From: a virus
Taxonomy: Duplodnaviria; Caudoviricetes
Length of the DNA: 35,818 nt
IMG/VR virus record: IMGVR_UViG_3300016665_000054
Span: 1-35,818 of that record
Reading direction: 5' to 3' (one strand)
Shown: piece by piece, positions 7,016-15,308 of the stretch
Layout: every line of letters begins with the position of its first letter
How positions within the stretch are numbered: the first letter of the stretch is position 1
Notes under the pieces: model-generated
Told to the model about the DNA's origin: nothing
The model's input: only the letters and a program-made list of their open reading frames with translations
Databases searched by the model: none
Program-made: the position numbers and the translations under genes

Positions 7016-7118
7016 AAACTTAATCGGCATCGCCGTGTGCGCTATCTGGGCCTTCATCGGCTACATTGTCGGACTGCATGAGGGAATTACACGTAACCAA
7101 GATGATACGAATATGTGA
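7008..7118 (+). CDS. Small membrane protein (36 aa)
   Basis: AAGGA RBS; MIENLIGIAVCAIWAFIGYIVG hydrophobic segment. Confidence 0.55.
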   Translation: MIENLIGIAVCAIWAFIGYIVGLHEGITRNQDDTNM

Positions 7119-7161
7119 TCAAACTGGTGGTTTCATGTAACTTATAGATGATAGAAAGGGA

Positions 7162-7395
7162 ATGAAGATGGAAGAATTTCAAGTGACAGAAGATGGCAGC
7201 GTTTTGGTAACTGTCCGCCTGGGTGACATTGACCCTGCTATAGTCGCAGTGCTGGAGTATCATCACAAACTCATGGAAGATGACGCGTATGATTATTGCA
7301 CCTGCGATGACTGCCAAGAGGATCTGAAGGCGATCAAGAAAGACATCAAGGCATTCAAGCGGGTGCTGGCTTACTTCGGGCGGTTTCTGTCCTGA
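7162..7395 (+). CDS. Hypothetical protein
   Basis: ORF with RBS; contains CTCDDC. Confidence 0.65.
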   Translation: MKMEEFQVTEDGSVLVTVRLGDIDPAIVAVLEYHHKLMEDDAYDYCTCDDCQEDLKAIKKDIKAFKRVLAYFGRFLS

Positions 7396-7432
7396 CATTG
7401 ACTTTTAAGAGGGGAAAGACGAAATACGGGGT

Positions 7433-7735
7433 ATGGACGCTGACGTTAAAAAAATGGATCATAATGGAAAGTTTGAGCCTGGGCATCCTGGTGGGCCTGG
7501 CCGACCTAAAGGTGTTCCTAATAAAACCACGCGACTTGCTAAGGCTGTAATCGCAGAGGCCGCTGACCGTCTTGGCGGCCCTGATCGACTGGTAGAGTGG
7601 GCAAAGGAAAACCCTGCCAATGAACGTGTGTTCTGGGGGACAATCTATCCCAAGCTGCTGCCGCTACAGGTGAGCGCAGAGATTGAGGGCAATATCGCGG
7701 TAAGGGGCGCGTTGGTGTGGAAGACGCCCAGCTAA
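7433..7735 (+). CDS. terS: Terminase small subunit
   Basis: GPGRPKGVPNKTT motif, ENP..F..IYPKLLP, directly upstream of TerL. Confidence 0.85.
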   Translation: MDADVKKMDHNGKFEPGHPGGPGRPKGVPNKTTRLAKAVIAEAADRLGGPDRLVEWAKENPANERVFWGTIYPKLLPLQVSAEIEGNIAVRGALVWKTPS

Positions 7736-8994
7736 AAGCCATTGAAAGCCCGTATGAGCCGCGCAAGCAGTTCATGCCCCTGCACCTCAGAGACACGCGC
7801 TGGGGTATTGTCGTTGCCCACCGCCGCGCTGGTAAGACCGTTGCCTGCGTTAACGACCTGATTAAAGAGGCGGCCTGTTGCATCAAGCTGAACCCCCGCT
7901 TCGCTTACATCGCTCCCCAGCTTAACCAAGCCAAGGACATCGCGTGGCAATATCTGTTGGAATACACGGAATGCTTCGGACCAGACCGTAAGATCAACGC
8001 CTCCGAACTTTGGATTGAACTTCCCAACAACAACGCCCGCATCCGTATTTATGGGGCAGACAATCCAGATCGGCTTCGCGGCATCTATCTCGACGGCTGC
8101 GTTCTCGATGAGTTTGGGGACATGAACCCCACCGTCTGGACACAGGTTATTCGACCCGCACTGTCTGACCGCAAGGGCTGGGCAATCTTCATCGGCACAC
8201 CAAAGGGCAAGAACGTATTCTATGACCTTTGGCAGAATGCAGAGGATGATGAAGACTGGTCGCGGCTGATGCTCAAGGCGTCAGAGACCGGCCTGCTTGA
8301 CGACAAAGAACTGAACGACGCCCGCCGCATGATGAGTGAGGACGAGTTCAATCAGGAATACGAGTGCAGCTTTGACGCAGCCATCCGTGGGGCATTCTAT
8401 GGCAAGGAGTTTATGGAGGCCGATGCCGCTGGCCGCCTGACGCACGTTCCCTATGACCCAGCCCTCCCAGTGCATACAGCCTGGGACTTGGGTATGTCTG
8501 ACAGCACGGTTGTCTGGTTTGTCCAGTCGCATGGAGGTGAGACACGATGGATCGACTGCCTCAAGGGCGAGGGCGTTGGTCTGGACTGGTATGTAAAACA
8601 GCTTCAGGAACGTCCGTATGTCTGGGGCAACCATTACCTCCCGCATGACGTTCGGGTGCGTGAACTTGGCACAGGCAAGAGCCGCTTAGAGGTGTTGCAG
8701 GAATTAGGATTACGGAATGTCGAGATTGCGCCGCGCATGGATGTCAATGACGGAATACAGGCGCTTAGGATGCTCCTGCCGCGCTCGTGGTTCGACAAAG
8801 ACAAGTGCAAGACCGGGATCGAGGCGCTGCGGATGTATCGTCGGCACTACGACGACAAGCGGCAAGAGTTTCAAACTCACCCGTTTCACGACTGGACAAG
8901 CCACTACGCAGACGCCGCAAGGTATTTCGCTATAGCGCACAGAGATCAAATGGGGTATACACCGATCAAACGAAACATTCGCGGCATCGTTTAA
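7717..8994 (+). CDS. terL: Terminase large subunit
   Basis: Walker A HRRAGKT, Walker B CVLDE, coupling motif GTPKG, nuclease AWDLG...SHYADAARY. Confidence 0.96.
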   Translation: MEDAQLKAIESPYEPRKQFMPLHLRDTRWGIVVAHRRAGKTVACVNDLIKEAACCIKLNPRFAYIAPQLNQAKDIAWQYLLEYTECFGPDRKINASELWIELPNNNARIRIYGADNPDRLRGIYLDGCVLDEFGDMNPTVWTQVIRPALSDRKGWAIFIGTPKGKNVFYDLWQNAEDDEDWSRLMLKASETGLLDDKELNDARRMMSEDEFNQEYECSFDAAIRGAFYGKEFMEADAAGRLTHVPYDPALPVHTAWDLGMSDSTVVWFVQSHGGETRWIDCLKGEGVGLDWYVKQLQERPYVWGNHYLPHDVRVRELGTGKSRLEVLQELGLRNVEIAPRMDVNDGIQALRMLLPRSWFDKDKCKTGIEALRMYRRHYDDKRQEFQTHPFHDWTSHYADAARYFAIAHRDQMGYTPIKRNIRGIV

Positions 8995-9004
8995 GGATTA
9001 AAAC

Positions 9005-9319
9005 ATGGCCCAAGTTTTCCGCCCAATCCAGTCTATTCGCGTGGATTGCTCAACCACCTCTAAGCGGGTGGCACTGCCTGCCAACACGACTAACGTCCGC
9101 ATCTACAACGAGACGACATCGGTTGCTTGGGTTCTCCTTGGCAACTCTTCTGTTGTGGCTGCAATCCCCGCTCTCGACACGGCTGGCCCCGGCTTCGCTG
9201 TTGCCCCTGCCTCTGTTGAGAACTTCACGGAGACGGTTGATGGCGGCGCTACCCATATCGCTATCATCCTCTCAACAGGGACAGGCGTTGTAAACGTCAC
9301 TTGCGGCGAGGGCTGGTAA
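9005..9319 (+). CDS. Small beta-rich virion (decoration-like) protein
   Basis: Beta-sandwich-like composition ending TCGEG; position after terL. Confidence 0.6.
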   Translation: MAQVFRPIQSIRVDCSTTSKRVALPANTTNVRIYNETTSVAWVLLGNSSVVAAIPALDTAGPGFAVAPASVENFTETVDGGATHIAIILSTGTGVVNVTCGEGW

Positions 9320-11698
9320 ATGTCTAGCCGCCTGCGGTCACGGCTCCGCGCAAGCACAAGCCTGTCTGGTGGCGGAGGCCCTGCGGCTGCACTCGATCTA
9401 AACTTCATCACTGGCTCATATCAGACGAGCGGTGGAAGCTATGCGTTCCAAGACCTGATCCGGTTCAGCCGCACAACCGCTGGCACGTTTGTTGGCAGCA
9501 ATGGCCTGATCCAAAACAGCCCAATCTCCAACAACCTTATGCTTTGGACGGAAGAGGCGGAAAACGCTGTCTGGACCAAAACCGCAGTTGCCGTGCAGTC
9601 AAACTTGCTGACGTATTCAGAGCAGTTCGACAATGCTGCTTGGACGAAGGGCAACGCTACTATAACCGCAAACACCACAGTTGCCCCTGATGGATTGAAC
9701 ACCGGGGATACAATTACTGGCGTGACAGCGGGCGTATCCAATTTCATCCGACCAACCACGCTCCCAACGGCGGTGGCTGCGCTATACACTTTCAGCATTT
9801 GGGTTATGGCTGGCACGGCTACCACCTGTAGCTTAATCATTCGAGATAATACTGGCGCAACAAACTTAGCTGTAACCTCGCAAATTGTTAGCGGCCCCGG
9901 CTCAATTTCCGGCAGCCCTATTGTTAACGTAACTGGCCTTTCCACTACAGAGTGGACGCGAGTTGCAATTACTTTGGCCGCCCCGGCGACTGCGGGTAAT
10001 GCGCTTCAACCAACATTTTATCCCGAGACGGCACTCTCAGCTACAACGGCATTATCCAACATCATTTGGGGCGCTCAGTTTGTTCAAGGTGCGCTGCCAG
10101 CTAATTACCAGCCGACACTTGCAAGCGCTGTTGCTATTCAATACCTTGCGCCTAACAACGTCTTGAGCGCGAACAAGATTATTGAGAACAGCGCCAATAC
10201 ATACCACTTTGTCCGCGAACCCGTTACGGCGGCTAACGTAGCCCATACGTTTACGACTTATCTGAAAGCCGGTGAGCGCACTCGCGCCATTGTCTCGATG
10301 AGCGACATTACAACGGGCGATGCTTCCATCGGCGTTGATCTGACGAACGGCACGACATTTACGGCGACGGGCCTTAGCATTGGCAGTTGGACCGCCGTTT
10401 CGTCGTCTGTAACGTCCGTTGGAAATGGCTGGTATCGCGTAAGCGTTACTGCGACCAAGGGCGCTGGAACGCAGATTGCTGGCAGTGTGTTCCCGACAGA
10501 CGGAACTAGCGCAACATTTTTGGGCGATGGTTCCTCCGGCTTTTATATGTGGGGTTCTCAGTTAGAGGTTGGCTCTTCTGCAACCGCTTACTCCCGCAAC
10601 GCTGATGGCCGGTATGCGCCGCGCTTTGATTATGATCCGGTCACGCTGGCGGCTAAGGGCCTGCTGATTGAAGAGCAGCGGACAAACTTGCTGACGTATA
10701 GCGAGCAGTTTAACAACGCCGCTTGGACCAAGTTAAGTATGACTGTCACGGCTGATAGTGTTGTTGCGCCTGATGGGCAGACAACGGCTGATACGCTTAC
10801 TGGCACAGCATCATCTTTTTGTTATGTAACGCAAGTCACACCGACACTCACGACAGGCGTGAATTACACGCTTTCAAGATACGTCAAAGCAGGGACAATA
10901 AACTTCTGCACATTGGCCTTACACGCTCAGGCTGACGTTTATTTTGATCTTGTAAATTTGACTTACAATGCTGTTGGAACTGGTTTTGTTTCAGCAGCAA
11001 TCGTCGATGTTGGCAATGGGTGGCGGCGCATTTCCGCAACTTGGACAAAAGACGCTGGAACAACATACCAAATATATTTGGCGTTAGCGTCCTCGCTTTC
11101 AAGCCAATCTGGCATTCCTATTGGCGCAACTTTATATTCTTGGGGTGCGCAATTTGAGGCAGGCTCATTTGTAACATCCTACATCCCAACCGTTGCCAGC
11201 ACGGTAACACGGGCGGCAGACATTGCGCTTGTTACTGGCGGCGCATTCACGCCTTGGTATAACCCGCTGGCGGGAACGCTGTCTGCTGACGTTATTCCAC
11301 AACTTTCAAACGTGGCGAACCAGTTTATTGCATCGTTGTCAGATGGCACAAATATTAACCGCGCATCTATATTCAAAACAACGGGTGGGATTGGTGGCTT
11401 CCGCACAACATCAAACGGAACTGCCGCGAACCCAATCGCTCCAGCAAATGCGCTTACCGGCAACGTGGCTCACAAAATCGCTCTCGCAATCACAACTGGC
11501 ACGGGCAACGTAATGCCTGCTGTAGACGGGGCGCTTGGAACTGCGGCAACGCTTTCAACAATGCCCACAGGCGTCAACACTCTCCGCTTTGGCGTGAACG
11601 AAGCGGCAAATGCTGACTGGCTAAACGGCCACACGCGGTGCGTCCGCTACTTCAACACGCGCCTGACAAACGCAGAATTGCAGACGGTGACGACATGA
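9320..11698 (+). CDS. Large virion fibre/spike protein with repeated carbohydrate-binding-like modules and LamG-like C-terminus
   Basis: FSR...GL, PRFDYDPVTL..KGLLIEEQRTNLL, three WG.Q.(E/V).G...Y modules, TSYIPT...VTRAAD, YFNTRLTNAELQ end. Confidence 0.75.
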   Translation: MSSRLRSRLRASTSLSGGGGPAAALDLNFITGSYQTSGGSYAFQDLIRFSRTTAGTFVGSNGLIQNSPISNNLMLWTEEAENAVWTKTAVAVQSNLLTYSEQFDNAAWTKGNATITANTTVAPDGLNTGDTITGVTAGVSNFIRPTTLPTAVAALYTFSIWVMAGTATTCSLIIRDNTGATNLAVTSQIVSGPGSISGSPIVNVTGLSTTEWTRVAITLAAPATAGNALQPTFYPETALSATTALSNIIWGAQFVQGALPANYQPTLASAVAIQYLAPNNVLSANKIIENSANTYHFVREPVTAANVAHTFTTYLKAGERTRAIVSMSDITTGDASIGVDLTNGTTFTATGLSIGSWTAVSSSVTSVGNGWYRVSVTATKGAGTQIAGSVFPTDGTSATFLGDGSSGFYMWGSQLEVGSSATAYSRNADGRYAPRFDYDPVTLAAKGLLIEEQRTNLLTYSEQFNNAAWTKLSMTVTADSVVAPDGQTTADTLTGTASSFCYVTQVTPTLTTGVNYTLSRYVKAGTINFCTLALHAQADVYFDLVNLTYNAVGTGFVSAAIVDVGNGWRRISATWTKDAGTTYQIYLALASSLSSQSGIPIGATLYSWGAQFEAGSFVTSYIPTVASTVTRAADIALVTGGAFTPWYNPLAGTLSADVIPQLSNVANQFIASLSDGTNINRASIFKTTGGIGGFRTTSNGTAANPIAPANALTGNVAHKIALAITTGTGNVMPAVDGALGTAATLSTMPTGVNTLRFGVNEAANADWLNGHTRCVRYFNTRLTNAELQTVTT

Positions 11699-12015
11699 TG
11701 GACTACTGCACCAAAAGCGCCACTGAGGCTGAGTTCAACGACCTGATGCTGGGCTGCGGCCTGTTTGTTGAGGTGGACGACGGCGAAGGCAACGTCAGCG
11801 TTGAGCCTGTCCCGTTCACCATGTCGCTGGACCGCATCGGCCCGATCACAATCCAGACAGGCGTTGATGAGAACGGCGATCCGATCACGGTCACTTACCC
11901 TGAGTATTACACGAACATCCGCGTGACCACTGGCCTGACGGACGAGCAGAAGGCAGCCCTGGACTCGATCAGTATTGACCCGACCCAGCCGCAATATCGG
12001 GAGTGGCAGCAATGA
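11695..12015 (+). CDS. Hypothetical protein (fibre-associated)
   Basis: ATGA overlap; acidic protein following the fibre gene. Confidence 0.7.
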   Translation: MMDYCTKSATEAEFNDLMLGCGLFVEVDDGEGNVSVEPVPFTMSLDRIGPITIQTGVDENGDPITVTYPEYYTNIRVTTGLTDEQKAALDSISIDPTQPQYREWQQ

Positions 12016-12314
12016 AAACTCCTGCATGGCAGCGCAAAGAGGGAAAGAACCCGTCTGGCGGCCTGAACGCAAAAGGTCGTGCGTCGGCCAAGGCTCAGGG
12101 CATGAACCTGAAAGCACCTGTTAAATCTGGCGACAATCCACGGAGGGCGTCATTCTTAGCGCGTATGGGGAATATGCCGGGGCCGGAGCGTGACGAGAAG
12201 GGCAGACCGACCCGCCTTTTACTATCGCTGCAAGCGTGGGGTGCGTCATCTAAAGCAGACGCGAGAACCAAAGCTAGAACCATTTCCGCCCGCAACAAGG
12301 GGAAGTCCAAATGA
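12012..12314 (+). CDS. Small basic conserved phage protein (DUF6321-like)
   Basis: KTPAWQRKEGKNPSGGLNAKGRAS...RRASFLARM...LSLQAW motif. Confidence 0.75.
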   Translation: MKTPAWQRKEGKNPSGGLNAKGRASAKAQGMNLKAPVKSGDNPRRASFLARMGNMPGPERDEKGRPTRLLLSLQAWGASSKADARTKARTISARNKGKSK

Positions 12315-12326
12315 GGAAACTTGACG

Positions 12327-12830
12327 CTATTCGCCCCAGTTTCTTCCGGTCTTGATGGCGTGAATGGTGCTAACGGATGTTCCTGTTTGCCGCGCTATCT
12401 CAGATAACGAAGCGCCCATGTTTATGAGCATTCGGACAGCCTTAACCCCAGCTTCAGTGAATAGCGCCCTTCCATTATTCTCCTTGGCGCATGATCCGTG
12501 TGTAATCGTATCGGCTATGTTTTCAGCAACTGTTCCATATGCAAGGTTCGACACATGATTATTGCGCTTATTCCCGTCCAAATGTCTAATAATATGACCT
12601 TCAGGACGCTCCCCAATGAACAATTCGGCTACAAGGCGATGAATGTAGAAGCATTTTTGGGTTTTGTGATGAGGTAGTTTTTTTGCGCTAAAACTAGTAT
12701 AGTGAGTTACGGTGTTTAGCTTGCGTGGGAAGCGTTCTCCATTTCTAATGGAGTTAACATTACCAAAATTGCTAATTTCGTATATACCTTCGTATTCAGG
12801 AACAGGCTTCCAAACTTCGGGTGATAACAT
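12327..12830 (-). CDS. NUMOD4-HNH homing endonuclease, antisense within the late operon
   Basis: EVWKPVPEYEGIYEISNFG (NUMOD4), HRLVA..F..RHLDGNKRNNHVSNL (HNH), C-terminal HTH; AGGAG RBS before ATG 12830. Confidence 0.92.
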   Translation of the reverse strand: MLSPEVWKPVPEYEGIYEISNFGNVNSIRNGERFPRKLNTVTHYTSFSAKKLPHHKTQKCFYIHRLVAELFIGERPEGHIIRHLDGNKRNNHVSNLAYGTVAENIADTITHGSCAKENNGRALFTEAGVKAVRMLINMGASLSEIARQTGTSVSTIHAIKTGRNWGE

Positions 12831-12993
12831 GGCTAAATCTCCTACCAAAGCAGACAAGAAGATAGCTAAAGTTTACAGGGAATACAAGGCTGGAAAGTTG
12901 CATAGCGGCGGAAAGTCTGGCCCTATTGTAAAATCCCGCAAGCAGGCAATCGCAATCGCATTGTCGGAAGCTGGGAAGAGCAAAAAGAAGTAA
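12829..12993 (+). CDS. Small basic protein (DUF6496-like, 54 aa)
   Basis: KIAKVYREYKAGKLHSG...VKSRKQAIAIALSEA motif. Confidence 0.8.
   Translation: MAKSPTKADKKIAKVYREYKAGKLHSGGKSGPIVKSRKQAIAIALSEAGKSKKK
12859..12887 (-). promoter_or_regulatory. Candidate antisense promoter for the HNH gene, embedded in the DUF6496-like coding sequence
   Basis: TTGTAT-N17-TATCTT on the minus strand, about 30 nt before the HNH ATG. Confidence 0.4.
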
Positions 12994-13001
12994 GGCATCC
13001 T

Positions 13002-15308
13002 ATGGCATATCGTAAGAACACCAAGCCAACTCAGGCTGAGATCGAAGCCGCAACGCCTGAAATCTCAATTGAGATGGAAGATGGCATGGAAGTTAGCGCC
13101 GAAATGCCTGAAGAAGAGGCTATGTCGGAAGAGGAACTTCAGCGCATCGTTGCTGGGGAACTTGACGACAGCCAAGCCTATATTGACGACGTAATCTCGC
13201 CGCTCCGCGCTGAAGCTGGTCAGTATTACAAGGGTGAGCCGTTCGGCAATGAGGAAGAAGGCCGCTCACAGGTCGTCTCGATGGACGTTCGGGATACAAT
13301 CCAGTCCATCATGCCGTCGATCATGAAGGTGTTCTTTGGCTCGTCAAAGGTCGTTGAATACGCTCCGAACAGCGCAGAGGACATCGACGCAGCCGAACAG
13401 GCCACGGATTATGTCAACTACTGTTTGACACGCGACAACAACCTTTTCATCCACTCCTATGCGATGTTCAAGGACGCGCTGACCCGCAAGAACGGCTTCG
13501 GCAAGGTCTGGTGGGATGAGACGGAGAACGTCGAGACGTATGAGATCGAGGGCATCGACGAAAACGGCTACATGGTTCTCATGTCCGACCCGGAAGTTGA
13601 ACTGCGTGAGGTCGAGGTCGAGTATTCTCAACAGGAGATCATGACGCCTGAAGGCATTACCACAATTGTGGAAACGCCGATCTACAGCGCCAAGGTTGTC
13701 CGCAAGACCAAAGAGGGCCGTCTGAATGTCGCTGCCCTGCCGCCTGAAGAGTTTCTGATTGACCGCCGCGCTAAGTCACTGAATGACTTCGACTTTATCG
13801 GTCACCGCCGCTACATGACCGTCTCTGAACTGGTCAAGATGGGCTATGAGCAAGACGAAGTTGAAAACCTTGGCTTTGAGACGCAGGATGACTTCGACGG
13901 CAACCAAGAGACGTTTGACCGCAACCCGCAGGCAACCATCCTTGGCGCTGGCCGGACTGATGTTGCAAGCCGCAAAGTTCTCTACATCGAGGGCTATCTC
14001 TACGTTGACAAGGACGGCGACGGCATCGCTGAATTGCGAAAAGTCTGCGTTGGCGGGGCGGCTTACAAAATCCTTCACGACGAGGCTGTTGACGACCATC
14101 CGTTCTTTGACTTCTGCCCAGACCCTGAGCCGCACACGTTCTTTGGTATGTCCATCGCTGACGTGGTTATGGACATCCAGCGGATCAAGTCGTCGATCAT
14201 GCGCAACACGCTCGATAGCTTGGCACAGTCGATTTATCCCCGCATGGGCGTTGTCGAAGGTCAGGCGAACCTTGAGGACGTTCTGAACACGGAAGTTGGT
14301 GGCGTCATCCGCATGAAGTCACCGGGCGCTGTCCAGCCGTTTGTGACGCCGAACGTGTCTCAGGCCGCATTCCCCATGCTGCAATACATGGACGAGATCA
14401 AAGAGAGCCGCACGGGCATTTCTAAAGCGTCCGCTGGCCTCGATCCGAACGCCCTGAGCAATTCCACTGCAACGGCGGTAAATGCCACTGTGACAGCCGC
14501 GCAGCAGCATATTGAACTGATCTGCCGCATCTTTGCAGAAACGGGCTTTAAGACGCTGATGGCGAAGGCGCTCAAGTTGCTCGTCAAGAACCAAGATAAG
14601 CCGCGTATCGTGCGCCTGCGTAACAAGTTTGTCCCGATTGACCCGCGTGTCTGGGATGCCAACATGGACGTTGTGGTCAACGTGGCGCTTGGCACTGGCT
14701 CAGATCAGCAGCGGATGGGCTTCCTGAACGTCATCGCTCAGAAGCAGGAAATGCTGTTGCAGCAACTTGGCCCGATGAATAACCCCATCGTGTCGCTCAA
14801 CAACTACTACAACACGCTTGAGCAGATGCTGGCCGTTGCTGGCTTCAAGGACGTGTCGCAGTTCTTTGAGAACCCGCAGAACTTCCAGCCGCCGCAGCCC
14901 ACACCGCCGCCGCCCAGCCCTGAGCAGATTTTGGCACAGGTTCAGGCCCAGTCTATTCAGGCTGACATCCAGAAGAAGGCCGCCGAACTTGAACTGAAGC
15001 GGCAGGAAATGATGCTGGTTGATGACCGTGAGCGTGACAAGCTGGACGCAGACGTATTGCTGAAGGCCGCTGAGATCGAGGCTAAGTATGGCGCACAGGT
15101 CAACACGGCCAACATCGAGGCGCTGATGCAGCGTGACCGTGAGGCGATCCGTCAGCAGGCGGAAGCTGACCGCGCAATCATGGCTGCACAGGCTCAGGCT
15201 GAACAGGCCGCCGTCAACCAGTTCATCCAGCAGAACGCGGAGGCGGTAATGCAGGAACAGGCAATGATAGAGCAAGCTAACCAGATGGCTCAACAGGGGA
15301 TGATGTAA
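13002..15308 (+). CDS. Portal protein (P22-like, long C-terminal coiled barrel)
   Basis: 768 aa; YYKGEPFGNEEEGRSQVVS.DVRD, PPEEFLID, P.PH.FFG.SIAD.VMDIQ; Q/A-rich C-terminus. Confidence 0.93.
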   Translation: MAYRKNTKPTQAEIEAATPEISIEMEDGMEVSAEMPEEEAMSEEELQRIVAGELDDSQAYIDDVISPLRAEAGQYYKGEPFGNEEEGRSQVVSMDVRDTIQSIMPSIMKVFFGSSKVVEYAPNSAEDIDAAEQATDYVNYCLTRDNNLFIHSYAMFKDALTRKNGFGKVWWDETENVETYEIEGIDENGYMVLMSDPEVELREVEVEYSQQEIMTPEGITTIVETPIYSAKVVRKTKEGRLNVAALPPEEFLIDRRAKSLNDFDFIGHRRYMTVSELVKMGYEQDEVENLGFETQDDFDGNQETFDRNPQATILGAGRTDVASRKVLYIEGYLYVDKDGDGIAELRKVCVGGAAYKILHDEAVDDHPFFDFCPDPEPHTFFGMSIADVVMDIQRIKSSIMRNTLDSLAQSIYPRMGVVEGQANLEDVLNTEVGGVIRMKSPGAVQPFVTPNVSQAAFPMLQYMDEIKESRTGISKASAGLDPNALSNSTATAVNATVTAAQQHIELICRIFAETGFKTLMAKALKLLVKNQDKPRIVRLRNKFVPIDPRVWDANMDVVVNVALGTGSDQQRMGFLNVIAQKQEMLLQQLGPMNNPIVSLNNYYNTLEQMLAVAGFKDVSQFFENPQNFQPPQPTPPPPSPEQILAQVQAQSIQADIQKKAAELELKRQEMMLVDDRERDKLDADVLLKAAEIEAKYGAQVNTANIEALMQRDREAIRQQAEADRAIMAAQAQAEQAAVNQFIQQNAEAVMQEQAMIEQANQMAQQGMM

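Noticed and set aside
9600-10730. Diversity-generating retroelement template/variable repeat pair
   Set aside because: Differences are mostly synonymous and not adenine-specific, both copies are in-frame domains, and there is no reverse transcriptase
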